Shown here: positions 16,441 to 25,145 of the stretch, in pieces
How the letters are laid out: each line of letters opens with the position of its first letter
Numbering within the stretch: the stretch's first letter is position 1
Origin: a virus
Taxonomy: Duplodnaviria; Caudoviricetes
Virus record (IMG/VR): IMGVR_UViG_3300044233_003741
Span: 1 to 34,906 of that record
DNA: 34,906 bases
Strand: one strand, 5' to 3'
Position numbers and translations under genes: made by a program
Notes under the pieces: model-generated
What the model was told of the DNA's origin: nothing
Database searches by the model: none
What the model saw: the letters and a program-made list of their open reading frames with translations, nothing else

Positions 16441-16818
16441 ATGGTCAATTTGGTCAATGACACAATGATACTTTTTGAAGATAAGAAAATGGATCCTGCC
16501 AAAAAAGGTGGAGCGCAATGGCATGGTGGTCCAGGTTCTAAAGAGTATCAAAAAAGTATTATCAGTAATTATTTAGTTGGTAATATTGTAAGAGTTTACT
16601 GGTCAATGGAGGGTCATACATTAAGTAATGATCATGGATTTATTCCATCTATTTGTATCAAAGGTAAACTTGAAAACATAAAAAACTGGTATAGAGTTTT
16701 AATTGAAAATGACACTTATTGTTATTTTGATTTTGAACGAATATTATCAGTTGCTATAAGAGCAAAAGATAGTGGAAGATTCAATTCCATATCTCTTAAA
16801 TCAAATAAAAATCACTAA
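16441..16818 (+). CDS. hypothetical protein
   Basis: AAGGAGGT SD. Confidence 0.7.
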   Translation: MVNLVNDTMILFEDKKMDPAKKGGAQWHGGPGSKEYQKSIISNYLVGNIVRVYWSMEGHTLSNDHGFIPSICIKGKLENIKNWYRVLIENDTYCYFDFERILSVAIRAKDSGRFNSISLKSNKNH

Positions 16819-16820
16819 AT

Positions 16821-16876
16821 AAAAAACCCCCTATATTCATTTACGAGTATAGGGGGACTTCCCTAGAGGGAGAAGA
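16821..16876. terminator. terminator between convergent operons, probably bidirectional
   Basis: CCCCCTATATTC-ATTTAC-GAGTATAGGGGG with a T6 tract on the minus strand; second hairpin CTTCCCT..GGAGAAG. Confidence 0.75.
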
Positions 16877-16895
16877 TCGCTAAAATTAATTTATA

Positions 16896-17234
16896 CTATT
16901 TCTTATTGTTGTTGTAAACACTATTAATAACCTTAATAACCTTTGGATTTTGAGATAGTAAATCTGAAAAACCTGTACCTAAAATCTCACAAACCTTTTC
17001 CTCATCCTTTAGTTTTAACTCTACATTGTAATGTTCTAGTAAAAGATGAACTATTTCATGTATGAAAGTGTTTAGTTTCCTGGAGGGTGTTAATGTTTTA
17101 TCTATCCTTATCAAATCTTTTGAAACATCAAAGTCACCATATATCTCATCTTTGTTTGCTGTCCTTGCACCAATCTCTTTTACTTTAATTTTTCTGTGTC
17201 CTAAATAAATTGTTGATGGTAACTTCATAAACAC
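16896..17234 (-). CDS. small HEXXH metallopeptidase-like phage protein
   Basis: TFIHEIVH...EEKVC. Confidence 0.75.
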   Translation of the reverse strand: MFMKLPSTIYLGHRKIKVKEIGARTANKDEIYGDFDVSKDLIRIDKTLTPSRKLNTFIHEIVHLLLEHYNVELKLKDEEKVCEILGTGFSDLLSQNPKVIKVINSVYNNNKK

Positions 17235-17995
17235 TACCCATATAATTTTTTTAGTTTTTTCATTGAGATATTTTTGACCTCCATAATATGTTCATCCCAA
17301 ATATCAATCTCAACAATCTGATAAGTCCAACCTGTAAGACTATGTTTTGCATAACTTTCAATATGTCCTTCAGGTAAAGCACATCCAACATTAAGTATTC
17401 TAGTAAAGTCATTTTTAGTATCACTAATTTTAGGGACCCTTATATCTTGTGCTCTATGACTATGTCCAAAAACAATATCTATTTTTGATTTATTTGCAAT
17501 TTGTCTTTCACTTGCTTCACCACCATATTCTCTACCCATTGGATTTATTGGTGCATGAATGAAACCAACACCACCTAACATTAAGTATTTACCCCAATCA
17601 ATAACTTCCCATTTATATTTTCTACAAATACCATAATATTCTTTTTGACACATACCATAGAATGTTGGATTTTTATCTTCATGCCTCCACATTCTTCTTT
17701 CATGATTACCTAATGTAATAAATTTTTTTACTTTGCATTTACCTAACCCATAATTAAATTCTTCCATAGCTTCATCAAAAGATTGCATGTCTTTTATAAA
17801 AGTTGGTTTTTCTATTCTTGCTGTAAATGTATCATCAGGAATATAGTGAGTACAACTATCTAAAGTTAAAAAATCACCTATCTGAACTACATAAGCTGGT
17901 TTTGTTTTTGCAATATGTTTACCAATCCACCTAAATCTTGATTTATCTTTTATGTGTGGAGAATCATGAAGATCTCCTATAACAATAACTTTCAT
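17234..17995 (-). CDS. calcineurin-like metallophosphoesterase
   Basis: GDLH, GD, GNHE, H, GHSH motifs. Confidence 0.9.
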   Translation of the reverse strand: MKVIVIGDLHDSPHIKDKSRFRWIGKHIAKTKPAYVVQIGDFLTLDSCTHYIPDDTFTARIEKPTFIKDMQSFDEAMEEFNYGLGKCKVKKFITLGNHERRMWRHEDKNPTFYGMCQKEYYGICRKYKWEVIDWGKYLMLGGVGFIHAPINPMGREYGGEASERQIANKSKIDIVFGHSHRAQDIRVPKISDTKNDFTRILNVGCALPEGHIESYAKHSLTGWTYQIVEIDIWDEHIMEVKNISMKKLKKLYG

Positions 17996-18240
17996 ATCGG
18001 TTTTCCTTTTGGTTTTGGAGGAGGAATAATTTGTTCATCTTCAAGAGTGCATAAAAATTTTATATACATCTCATATTGATTTACATCTGCTCTACCGAGC
18101 TCTTCTAATTTAGATTTTGATTCAATGTAACCTTTATGTAAACAATCATACATGGTTCTATGTTGTTCAGGTAATTTAAAAGGTGGCATACACTCACCAG
18201 CAATTAACGAACAAATAATCATGTACAAGCTGTATTTCAT
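17992..18240 (-). CDS. hypothetical Cys-containing protein with hydrophobic N-terminus
   Basis: ORF; ATGA overlap. Confidence 0.65.
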   Translation of the reverse strand: MKYSLYMIICSLIAGECMPPFKLPEQHRTMYDCLHKGYIESKSKLEELGRADVNQYEMYIKFLCTLEDEQIIPPPKPKGKPI

Positions 18241-18245
18241 TTGAA

Positions 18246-18629
18246 TTATTTTTTACCATTTCGGAATATCTGTGTTCCCTTAATACCATAAATACTAGCC
18301 ACGACGAGAATCCATAAATTTGTAAACCAGCTTGGAAGTGTAGAAAAATATTCAAAAAATAATTTTACTTTGTCCATAGCAGTTGGATCTTCTGATATAA
18401 CTGCCCAAGCCAGTACCAGTATCGGCGCTGATAAAATTAATAAAACAAATTCGTCTTTCCAGTCTGATTGTCTTGCTTCTAAAAGTTTGCCCTCATATTC
18501 TTTTTCACCTTTGGCCATAGCCATAGCAGTCCTGTGTTGAGCATCTGCCATTGCCATTTTTGTTTCTTGTCTTTTACGATAGATGTGTCCACCTGCTTTA
18601 ATTCCTGCTGATAAAATATTCAACCACAT
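18246..18629 (-). CDS. putative holin
   Basis: SDWKDE followed by TM helices and ASIYGIK; adjacent to endolysin. Confidence 0.7.
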   Translation of the reverse strand: MWLNILSAGIKAGGHIYRKRQETKMAMADAQHRTAMAMAKGEKEYEGKLLEARQSDWKDEFVLLILSAPILVLAWAVISEDPTAMDKVKLFFEYFSTLPSWFTNLWILVVASIYGIKGTQIFRNGKK

Positions 18630-18684
18630 AGATATATCCTCCTAGTTGAAGATACCTTATCAATCTATAGGTGAATTTGCAACT

Positions 18685-19170
18685 CTACTCTTTGACTTGA
18701 CCATCTACCCACTTCATTTCAGGAAGACCATTATCAAATTTTTTTCCATCATAAGTAAGCACCTGTTTTCTGTTTGAACCTTTTTCATTGTAACTACAAT
18801 GGACCCAACCCTTTGAACCATCATCAGGACAATAAAACTCTAGTATGAGTTGGTCAAAGTCACAATTATTTTGAATCCAGTAAGCTATTTGAATATTGGG
18901 AACTCCTGCTATTTCAAAATCAACTGCCTGACCCTTGGCATGCTGACTAGTCTTTTTGCTACCTATAGCTTCACACAGCTCCTCACTACGATAACCTGAT
19001 GTAATAGTAACAGGTTTATCAAATTTTGCTCTTACTGGTTCTAAAATCTCATAACAGATGTTTTCTAAATTTTTTATATCTCCACTGCCAGGCTCATTTT
19101 TGATTCCCTTACGAGTTGCAGTCATTGATTTAGTAAACTCTTCTAATTTAAAATGTTTTGAAAGTTGCAT
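18685..19170 (-). CDS. peptidase M15A endolysin
   Basis: LSKHFKLEEF, ITSGYRS, SQHAKGQAVD, WVHCSY. Confidence 0.9.
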   Translation of the reverse strand: MQLSKHFKLEEFTKSMTATRKGIKNEPGSGDIKNLENICYEILEPVRAKFDKPVTITSGYRSEELCEAIGSKKTSQHAKGQAVDFEIAGVPNIQIAYWIQNNCDFDQLILEFYCPDDGSKGWVHCSYNEKGSNRKQVLTYDGKKFDNGLPEMKWVDGQVKE

Positions 19171-19179
19171 TGAAACCTC

Positions 19180-19398
19180 CTATTTGAGTAATAAGTTGTA
19201 TATGATTGTAGCCATTCCAACTATCAACATACCTGTTGAAGTGAATACTACTTTTTCTAATCTTTCTATTTTCTTTCCATTAGCATCTATTTTTCTATTT
19301 GTTTCTTGTTGCATTATCCTACACAATTTTTCGTGGTCATCAATCCTTTGATGTGCTGTACTTAAATTTCTTACCTTTTTTTTTACAATTTTGTTCAT
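19180..19398 (-). CDS. small coiled-coil protein with C-terminal TM
   Basis: HEKLC coil then hydrophobic tail; lysis region. Confidence 0.7.
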   Translation of the reverse strand: MNKIVKKKVRNLSTAHQRIDDHEKLCRIMQQETNRKIDANGKKIERLEKVVFTSTGMLIVGMATIIYNLLLK

Positions 19399-19556
19399 TT
19401 TCCTTGACCTCTATACCTTAATTGTTTTCTACTTCTCCCTTTTCTTTTACTTTTGTTCATAGAAGATACCTTTTTTGGATTTCTACCTATACTTGTACCC
19501 TTAAACTTCTTTTCATACTCTACTTTTACCCCAAAAAGAGGTTTTTTCTTTGCCAT
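19395..19556 (-). CDS. 53-aa highly basic protein ending YRGQGK (absent from ORF track)
   Basis: MAKKKPLFGVKVEYEKKFKGTSIGRNPKKVSSMNKSKRKGRSRKQLRYRGQGK; ATGA overlap. Confidence 0.75.
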   Translation of the reverse strand: MAKKKPLFGVKVEYEKKFKGTSIGRNPKKVSSMNKSKRKGRSRKQLRYRGQGK

Positions 19557-19618
19557 AGTACATTTTACCCTAAATATAACAAATGCTTAAAATTGACCCC
19601 TCTATGCTCGTTTAAACA

Positions 19619-19882
19619 CTATTTCTTTTTGTATTTAGCTTTGACTTCATCATCCTGTAACTTATGTATTTCAAGTTGTGTATAATGAATGATTTTTTCT
19701 AAATCTTCTATGCCTCCCTTTTCTAAATACCTAACGACATATTTTATCACAACTCCTTGATAGAACGAAAGATTATTTTTTGAAATAAACTCATAAGGTT
19801 GAATCTTATAATTTTTATAATGTTTTCCTCCAATTTGTCTTAATTGTGGCAATATATTCTCCCAAATACTTTCATCAGTCAT
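19619..19882 (-). CDS. DUF3310 (SaV-like) protein
   Basis: QIGGKHY..IQP.EFI....F..G.VIKYV.R...KGGIEDLEK..HY. Confidence 0.9.
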   Translation of the reverse strand: MTDESIWENILPQLRQIGGKHYKNYKIQPYEFISKNNLSFYQGVVIKYVVRYLEKGGIEDLEKIIHYTQLEIHKLQDDEVKAKYKKK

Positions 19883-19991
19883 CTTTTTTTTTGAGGACAT
19901 AATTATTGATAATAAACCAAATTATAATTCCTGCTACCCCTATTACTAAAAAATTTAAAAAAAAAGCTAGAATACCTAAACTACTTGTCAT
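19875..19991 (-). CDS. 38-aa single-TM protein (absent from ORF track)
   Basis: MTSSLGILAFFLNFLVIGVAGIIIWFIINNYVLKKKDD*; fills the gap, overlapping both neighbours. Confidence 0.6.
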   Translation of the reverse strand: MTSSLGILAFFLNFLVIGVAGIIIWFIINNYVLKKKDD

Positions 19992-20742
19992 CTTTTATTC
20001 TCATAATTTGTGGTCTTTCATAATTTTTGATACCGATATGTTTTAATGTACTTGTTAAGTCAGTCCAAATTTCCCCACCACATTGATTCCATAATGCACA
20101 AAAATAATAATCTTCACTTAAATATCTTTGTGTATTTTCTTTATCTTCTAAAACCCCTTTACCTTGAATACCACAATCAAAAAAAGCATATTCCTCATTA
20201 CCCATAACTTCCTGTGTTTCTCTTTTATCATCTATTTTTGCTCTTACATCTGTTTTATATTTTATTTCAGGATATTTTTTTATTATTTGTTCAAACACTT
20301 TCCTTTCAATACACATAAAACCAGTTCCAGCATAATTTACCTTTTTAAAACCTTTATGATTATCTTTTAAATCATATCTACCTAATGGAAAATTCATACA
20401 CCATCCAAAACTAGCATCACCTTTTTCAATTGGTAATTCATGTTTTATTGGATATGGAGCTGTTGTGATAGGTTTATCAAATAGTAAAACTCTTATAAAT
20501 TGTTGTGGTTCAAATATTATATCAGCATCTATAAAAAAAAGATGTGTGTATTCTTTTTGTTCTAAAAAAGATTTTACTAATTTATTTCTTGCTCTTGTAA
20601 TCAAACTATCTCTTAACCACATCATACCACAGCCAATTTTAGCTTGAAACAAAGTATCTCTTACATTTATTATTGATGAAATTGTTTGCAAATGTATCTT
20701 TTGATCAAATGATGGAATACAAATTAAAACATTTTTATTCAT
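19981..20742 (-). CDS. GT-A fold glycosyltransferase (family 2-like)
   Basis: SLITRARN, LFFIDADI (DxD), GTGFMCI, LSEDYYFC, HIG. Confidence 0.85.
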   Translation of the reverse strand: MNKNVLICIPSFDQKIHLQTISSIINVRDTLFQAKIGCGMMWLRDSLITRARNKLVKSFLEQKEYTHLFFIDADIIFEPQQFIRVLLFDKPITTAPYPIKHELPIEKGDASFGWCMNFPLGRYDLKDNHKGFKKVNYAGTGFMCIERKVFEQIIKKYPEIKYKTDVRAKIDDKRETQEVMGNEEYAFFDCGIQGKGVLEDKENTQRYLSEDYYFCALWNQCGGEIWTDLTSTLKHIGIKNYERPQIMRIKDDK

Positions 20743-20870
20743 TGTGTATCTACTAGAAATCTTACTATAGTTGTATATGGATTTGGTTCATATTTAGCAC
20801 AACTATTTAACATAATAAATAATACTAGGCAGGTGAGTTTGGTGGTTTGGTGGTAAAACTCACCCACCAT
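20739..20870 (-). CDS. possible 43-aa lipoprotein-like ORF overlapping a hairpin
   Basis: MVGEF...LVLFIMLNS-C-AKYEP...; ATGA overlap with GT gene; no SD. Confidence 0.3.
   Translation of the reverse strand: MVGEFYHQTTKLTCLVLFIMLNSCAKYEPNPYTTIVRFLVDTQ
20828..20868 (-). other. 13-bp stem-loop with ACCACC-repeat loop
   Basis: Minus strand GGTGGGTGAGTTT-TACCACCAAACCACC-AAACTCACCTGCC. Confidence 0.65.
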
Positions 20871-20881
20871 TTTTTTATTTA

Positions 20882-21502
20882 TCATCTTTTAAACCAGTTT
20901 GGAAGTCCTAAATGCAATCTTCTGTCAAATATATTTTCTCTAGAAAATTTTGTTTTTGTGTTGTTATAATGTAAAAATACTTGAACATTTTGTTTTCCTT
21001 TAAATTTTTCCCTCCAATGTTCTAAATCACAACCTCTATAAACAAGCATATCTCCAGGATTTAATTTTACTTTAATACCTTTTTTATTTACTTCTCCTGA
21101 TGGTTCTAAAAATATATCCCAATTATCACCACCAAGATTCATAGTTGTAGATATTTCACAACTAAATCTATCTTTATGTCTTTTTAAAATATCACCTTTT
21201 TTATAGACCCTGCCATAAGTATAAGCAGGATATAATTTTAAACCTGTTGTTTTTTCCATAATTGGTTGGCATTTTAACATCAAAGTTTCCATAGCAATAT
21301 CAGAATAAAAAGAATAAGTATTTGGTATTTGTTCATTGTCTTGCTCATAAAAGCCAAGCATAGTCTCAAATGGTGAAATATATCTTTCTTTAATACAAGT
21401 ATCATAAACTTGTTTTTTCATTAACAAGTAATTCATACAAAATGTTGCTAAATCTTTATCTATAGCTTTTTTTATTACTGCATATTTATTTTTTTTAAAC
21501 AT
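20882..21502 (-). CDS. 2OG-Fe(II) oxygenase
   Basis: RHKDR (HxD), EHWRE (distal His), QVFLHY; start moved to MFKKN. Confidence 0.85.
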   Translation of the reverse strand: MFKKNKYAVIKKAIDKDLATFCMNYLLMKKQVYDTCIKERYISPFETMLGFYEQDNEQIPNTYSFYSDIAMETLMLKCQPIMEKTTGLKLYPAYTYGRVYKKGDILKRHKDRFSCEISTTMNLGGDNWDIFLEPSGEVNKKGIKVKLNPGDMLVYRGCDLEHWREKFKGKQNVQVFLHYNNTKTKFSRENIFDRRLHLGLPNWFKR

Positions 21503-22127
21503 CTTTTGCCATTTCTTTTGGAACAGCTTGTATATTCCAATGAATAAATCTAAATGGTTCTTTGCCATGATCTACTGCAAATTCATGTTCTAAAAAACCT
21601 GGAAATATAATTAGTGTACCTGGCTTAGGTTTAAAATGCACAAGCTCTGTGCCTGGGCATATACCTTTAATATTAGATTTTAATTTTAATTTAGTAGCTC
21701 TTGCTCCAGTTCTTGGTTCATGAAAAACAGGATATGATGTTTTTTCACTACATTTTAAAAAATAAAATCCTGAGACGTGCTGATTCCAATGTATATGTGC
21801 TGAGTGATGTCCACCACCTTTTTTAGCAAACTCTTGAACCCAGAGTTCACTAAACAAAGTTGTATATTGTGACATATCATAACCTTGGTGATCTAAATAC
21901 TCCCAAGACTTTTGACCAATGTAATTTCTAAAATCTAAAAAATCGTTGTCATGTGTTAATGGTGTTGAGTGATATGATCTTCCAAAGTCACCATATTGTT
22001 TTATAAATGCTTTTTCTCTCTTACGAGCTTCAGTAATATATTTGTTACTAGCTTTGTTTAATGACTTTACAAATTCTGGTTTTTCTTCACCCCATATTAC
22101 AGTCGGAAAATAACTATTTATAAACAT
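21495..22127 (-). CDS. 2OG-Fe(II) oxygenase, TIGR02466-like (HxH type)
   Basis: HSAHIH, SGFYFL, IIFPGFLEHEF, FRFIHWN. Confidence 0.85.
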   Translation of the reverse strand: MFINSYFPTVIWGEEKPEFVKSLNKASNKYITEARKREKAFIKQYGDFGRSYHSTPLTHDNDFLDFRNYIGQKSWEYLDHQGYDMSQYTTLFSELWVQEFAKKGGGHHSAHIHWNQHVSGFYFLKCSEKTSYPVFHEPRTGARATKLKLKSNIKGICPGTELVHFKPKPGTLIIFPGFLEHEFAVDHGKEPFRFIHWNIQAVPKEMAKDV

Positions 22128-22765
22128 TATCTAAATGGCCTCCCTAAATGCCATACCACAAGACTATATCTTGTTCCAGCAGTTACTGGTTTTACTCTAT
22201 GCCAAACAAAACTAGGAAACACTATAATAGAACCTTTTGGTAATATTTCTTTGCATTGTATTCTGTGTTTTAACTCATCTCTCATGTTTGGTTCATAGTT
22301 TCTAAAATCAAATTCTAATTCACCACCTTGGTATTCTGACCCATCTGTTAATTGACAAGTCATAGATAATTTTCTTATACGACCATGTTCTGGGTGTTTA
22401 TTATCTTTTCTATCATAAGGTTTATCCCAACTATCGCAATGCCAATCGTAATATTGATTTAATTTATATTTTGTAAATTGACAAGATTCACTTCTTTCCC
22501 AATCAAAATTCCAACCAGCTTTTTTATTAGCTTCATGCACAAATGGATGTAATTCTTTATAAATCCATAAATCATTTAACCATACTAAATCAGAGTTTCG
22601 TTTTCTTTTTAAATCTAATACTTCTTCTTTATTTAATTTTTTATCACCATATCCACCTGTTAAAGCCATTACTTCTTTTTGTTGATTTGCATAAGCTATA
22701 ACCTCATCACAAAATCTTGGTGTTAACGCAGATTTAAAATACCAATAATAATTAGATATATTCAT
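22127..22765 (-). CDS. 2OG-Fe(II) oxygenase, prolyl-hydroxylase/PKHD-like
   Basis: YDWHCD, RKLSMT, YQGGEL, VFPSFVWHRVKPVTAGTRYSLVVW. Confidence 0.9.
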   Translation of the reverse strand: MNISNYYWYFKSALTPRFCDEVIAYANQQKEVMALTGGYGDKKLNKEEVLDLKRKRNSDLVWLNDLWIYKELHPFVHEANKKAGWNFDWERSESCQFTKYKLNQYYDWHCDSWDKPYDRKDNKHPEHGRIRKLSMTCQLTDGSEYQGGELEFDFRNYEPNMRDELKHRIQCKEILPKGSIIVFPSFVWHRVKPVTAGTRYSLVVWHLGRPFR

Positions 22766-23264
22766 AAGTTGTTTTGAGAACAAAATTTAGTTTGTCTTTT
22801 TGATTATTTGATATGTGATAAATTAATGTACTTGGAAAGATAATAAATTTATTATTTTCTAATGGTATATCCCAACTTCTACCAGCTCGTCTATTATCAT
22901 CATAATATATTCTGACATTACAATTTTCTGTATCTACACCATATAACATTACATAATCAGGTGAGTTTCTTAAATCAACTTTATCATTTTCACTATTAGG
23001 AACATTAGATTCATTTGGTTTAAACATAAAACCAGTAGTCAATTTATTTACTAAACTAAAACCATATTCTAATTGTATATGTTCTCTTAAATAAGTATTT
23101 AATTTATCCCATTCTTTGGAAAAAGGAAAGGCACAATCATTAATATTATGAGTTAGTATATCTCTTTTTAAAACTTCTGCATTGATTTCAAAACCTTTTG
23201 GCATTGAAATTGTTCCATTATATAAATCTATTTTTGAAAGTATGTTTTGTTTAATGTCCACCAT
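22752..23264 (-). CDS. 2OG-Fe(II) oxygenase-fold protein with degenerate metal site
   Basis: Retains FIIFPSTL..I core but lacks HxD/HxH. Confidence 0.65.
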   Translation of the reverse strand: MVDIKQNILSKIDLYNGTISMPKGFEINAEVLKRDILTHNINDCAFPFSKEWDKLNTYLREHIQLEYGFSLVNKLTTGFMFKPNESNVPNSENDKVDLRNSPDYVMLYGVDTENCNVRIYYDDNRRAGRSWDIPLENNKFIIFPSTLIYHISNNQKDKLNFVLKTTYEYI

Positions 23265-23272
23265 ACATTAAA

Positions 23273-23301
23273 TTAATATCTTATGGTTGTTTATCTGTCA
23301 A
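23273..23301 (-). promoter_or_regulatory. internal promoter for the oxygenase cluster
   Basis: TTGACA(23301-23296)-17 nt-TATTAA(23278-23273). Confidence 0.55.
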
Positions 23302-23718
23302 ATCCCAACTTTGTTCTTCTTCATTCCATTCATAACCTTTACCATCTTCTCTTTGTTCTTCTGTAAGTTCAGGAGCATCACCGATTGGTGATTTCCAACT
23401 TGCAGTTGTTAAATCTTTTATCCAAGATGGATAAGGTTTTTTTGGAAAAAACATATTATTTTCTTCATCCCACTCATAACCTATTCCTGCATAATTACCT
23501 CTAAATGCTTTAGAGTCATCACCTGATGAGTGTTTGTTACCTGATGTATTATATGAAGTTTGAATCCACATTTGTGCTGGCCAATTATTATGTCTTTCTA
23601 ACCACTCTTGACCTTTAGCTTCAATCTCGTTACCTTGATCATCTTTCATTTCTTCATTATCCATAGTTAATACTTGGATAACTTTTCCATTCATTCCTAT
23701 TTTTGCAAAATGTGCCAT
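23281..23718 (-). CDS. conserved 'MAHFA' phage protein that follows Gly-rich fibres
   Basis: MAHFAKI, WIQTSYN, FRGNYAGIG, PKKPYPSW, YEWNEE. Confidence 0.8.
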   Translation of the reverse strand: MAHFAKIGMNGKVIQVLTMDNEEMKDDQGNEIEAKGQEWLERHNNWPAQMWIQTSYNTSGNKHSSGDDSKAFRGNYAGIGYEWDEENNMFFPKKPYPSWIKDLTTASWKSPIGDAPELTEEQREDGKGYEWNEEEQSWDLTDKQP

Positions 23719-23755
23719 AATATTATCTCCTTATCATATTCATCATTTAAATCAA

Positions 23756-25138
23756 CTATTGAAATCTATATCTTATTATTACCACTCCTGAACCACCATT
23801 ACCACCTTTTGCGTAATAATTATTAACATCAGGCGACATACTTGAACCTCCACCACCACCTGTGTTTGCTGTACCTGCAACACCAGCATTATTTGTAGAT
23901 GGACCTGGACTACCGCCTGCACCTCCACCTGCTGAAGCTGGTCCTGGAGATGATGCGTTCCAACCTCCACCTCCGCCTCCACCTGCTCTTGCTGTTGGTG
24001 TGCCGTTAATTGAAGTTGTTGCTCCTGATCCACCTGCCTTGCCTCCACCAGTTCCAGGACTATTAGTTCCTGCTCCTCCTGCACCACCGCCACCTGCCCC
24101 ATTAAAATCTCCTGAATCACCGCTAGAGCTTCCACCATTATTTCCTTGAGGTGGAGTTGTAGGAGGTGTATTACCTGTACCAGCTGGATTAGAAGAACCA
24201 GGTCCAGAAGCACCTCCTCCACCTGAACCACCATTCATAAATCCTGGTGCTGCCACAGGTGCTGAAGTAGAGTAACCTTTACCACCTCCACCTCCTGCTG
24301 ATGTAATACTTGAAAAAACTGAATCTGAACCTTTAGCTCCCATTCTTGGACTAGGAAAACAAGCACCGCCTCCACCAGCACCAACTGTTATTGGATAACC
24401 AGTAGCTGTTACTGTAATTCTATTTGGTGAAGATGGATAACCATCTAAAGGACTTGCAGTATATGGTGTAACTGGACTTTTTACTTCTCTAAAACCACCA
24501 GCTCCTCCACCGCCACCTTGTACACTTCCTCCACCTCCTCCAGCAATTACTAAATGAGAAACAGCATTGTTTGCTGAACATTGTGCCGCTGTTGTTACAG
24601 TAAAAGTACCAGGACTTGTAAAAGTATGAATTTTGCAATTACCACAAGTTGTTATTGTACCACCTGTAGCTTGAAGGTAAGGATTACCTGTTACATTGGA
24701 TGTTGAATCTTGAACTACTCTCCAACCTTTTGTTGAATCTACAAAAACTAAAGTTACAGACTGATCTTCTGTAGATAATGTTGTATCTGCAGCCTCACCA
24801 TTAATTTTATCTGAACCATTAGGAGAAATTGTTACATTATTTGTATCCCAAGTATTTGCGTAATCTTTAAATGCAACTATATCTCCAGCAGATCCTGCTG
24901 GTAAATTTACTGTAATAGTTCCGCTTGTAGTATTTAAAAAATAACCTTTTCCATTTACTACTGTTAAAGGTGAATCTGAATTAGTTTTAACTGATGTTAT
25001 CCAATCAACAGTTCCTGATCTACCAAAACCAGATTGGCTTGCACCTGTTGCTAAAGAAATTGTGTCACCTGATTCACCAATTGTTATGGTTGAACCACTT
25101 GATTTTTTTATTACATTTACTTTTATTTCACTTGTCAT
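23756..25138 (-). CDS. Gly-rich tail fibre/adhesin-like protein, paralog A
   Basis: GGGG-rich repeats, HTFTSPGTF, C-terminal GSGVVIIRY. Confidence 0.8.
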   Translation of the reverse strand: MTSEIKVNVIKKSSGSTITIGESGDTISLATGASQSGFGRSGTVDWITSVKTNSDSPLTVVNGKGYFLNTTSGTITVNLPAGSAGDIVAFKDYANTWDTNNVTISPNGSDKINGEAADTTLSTEDQSVTLVFVDSTKGWRVVQDSTSNVTGNPYLQATGGTITTCGNCKIHTFTSPGTFTVTTAAQCSANNAVSHLVIAGGGGGSVQGGGGGAGGFREVKSPVTPYTASPLDGYPSSPNRITVTATGYPITVGAGGGGACFPSPRMGAKGSDSVFSSITSAGGGGGKGYSTSAPVAAPGFMNGGSGGGGASGPGSSNPAGTGNTPPTTPPQGNNGGSSSGDSGDFNGAGGGGAGGAGTNSPGTGGGKAGGSGATTSINGTPTARAGGGGGGGWNASSPGPASAGGGAGGSPGPSTNNAGVAGTANTGGGGGSSMSPDVNNYYAKGGNGGSGVVIIRYRFQ

Positions 25139-25145
25139 AATTTAC

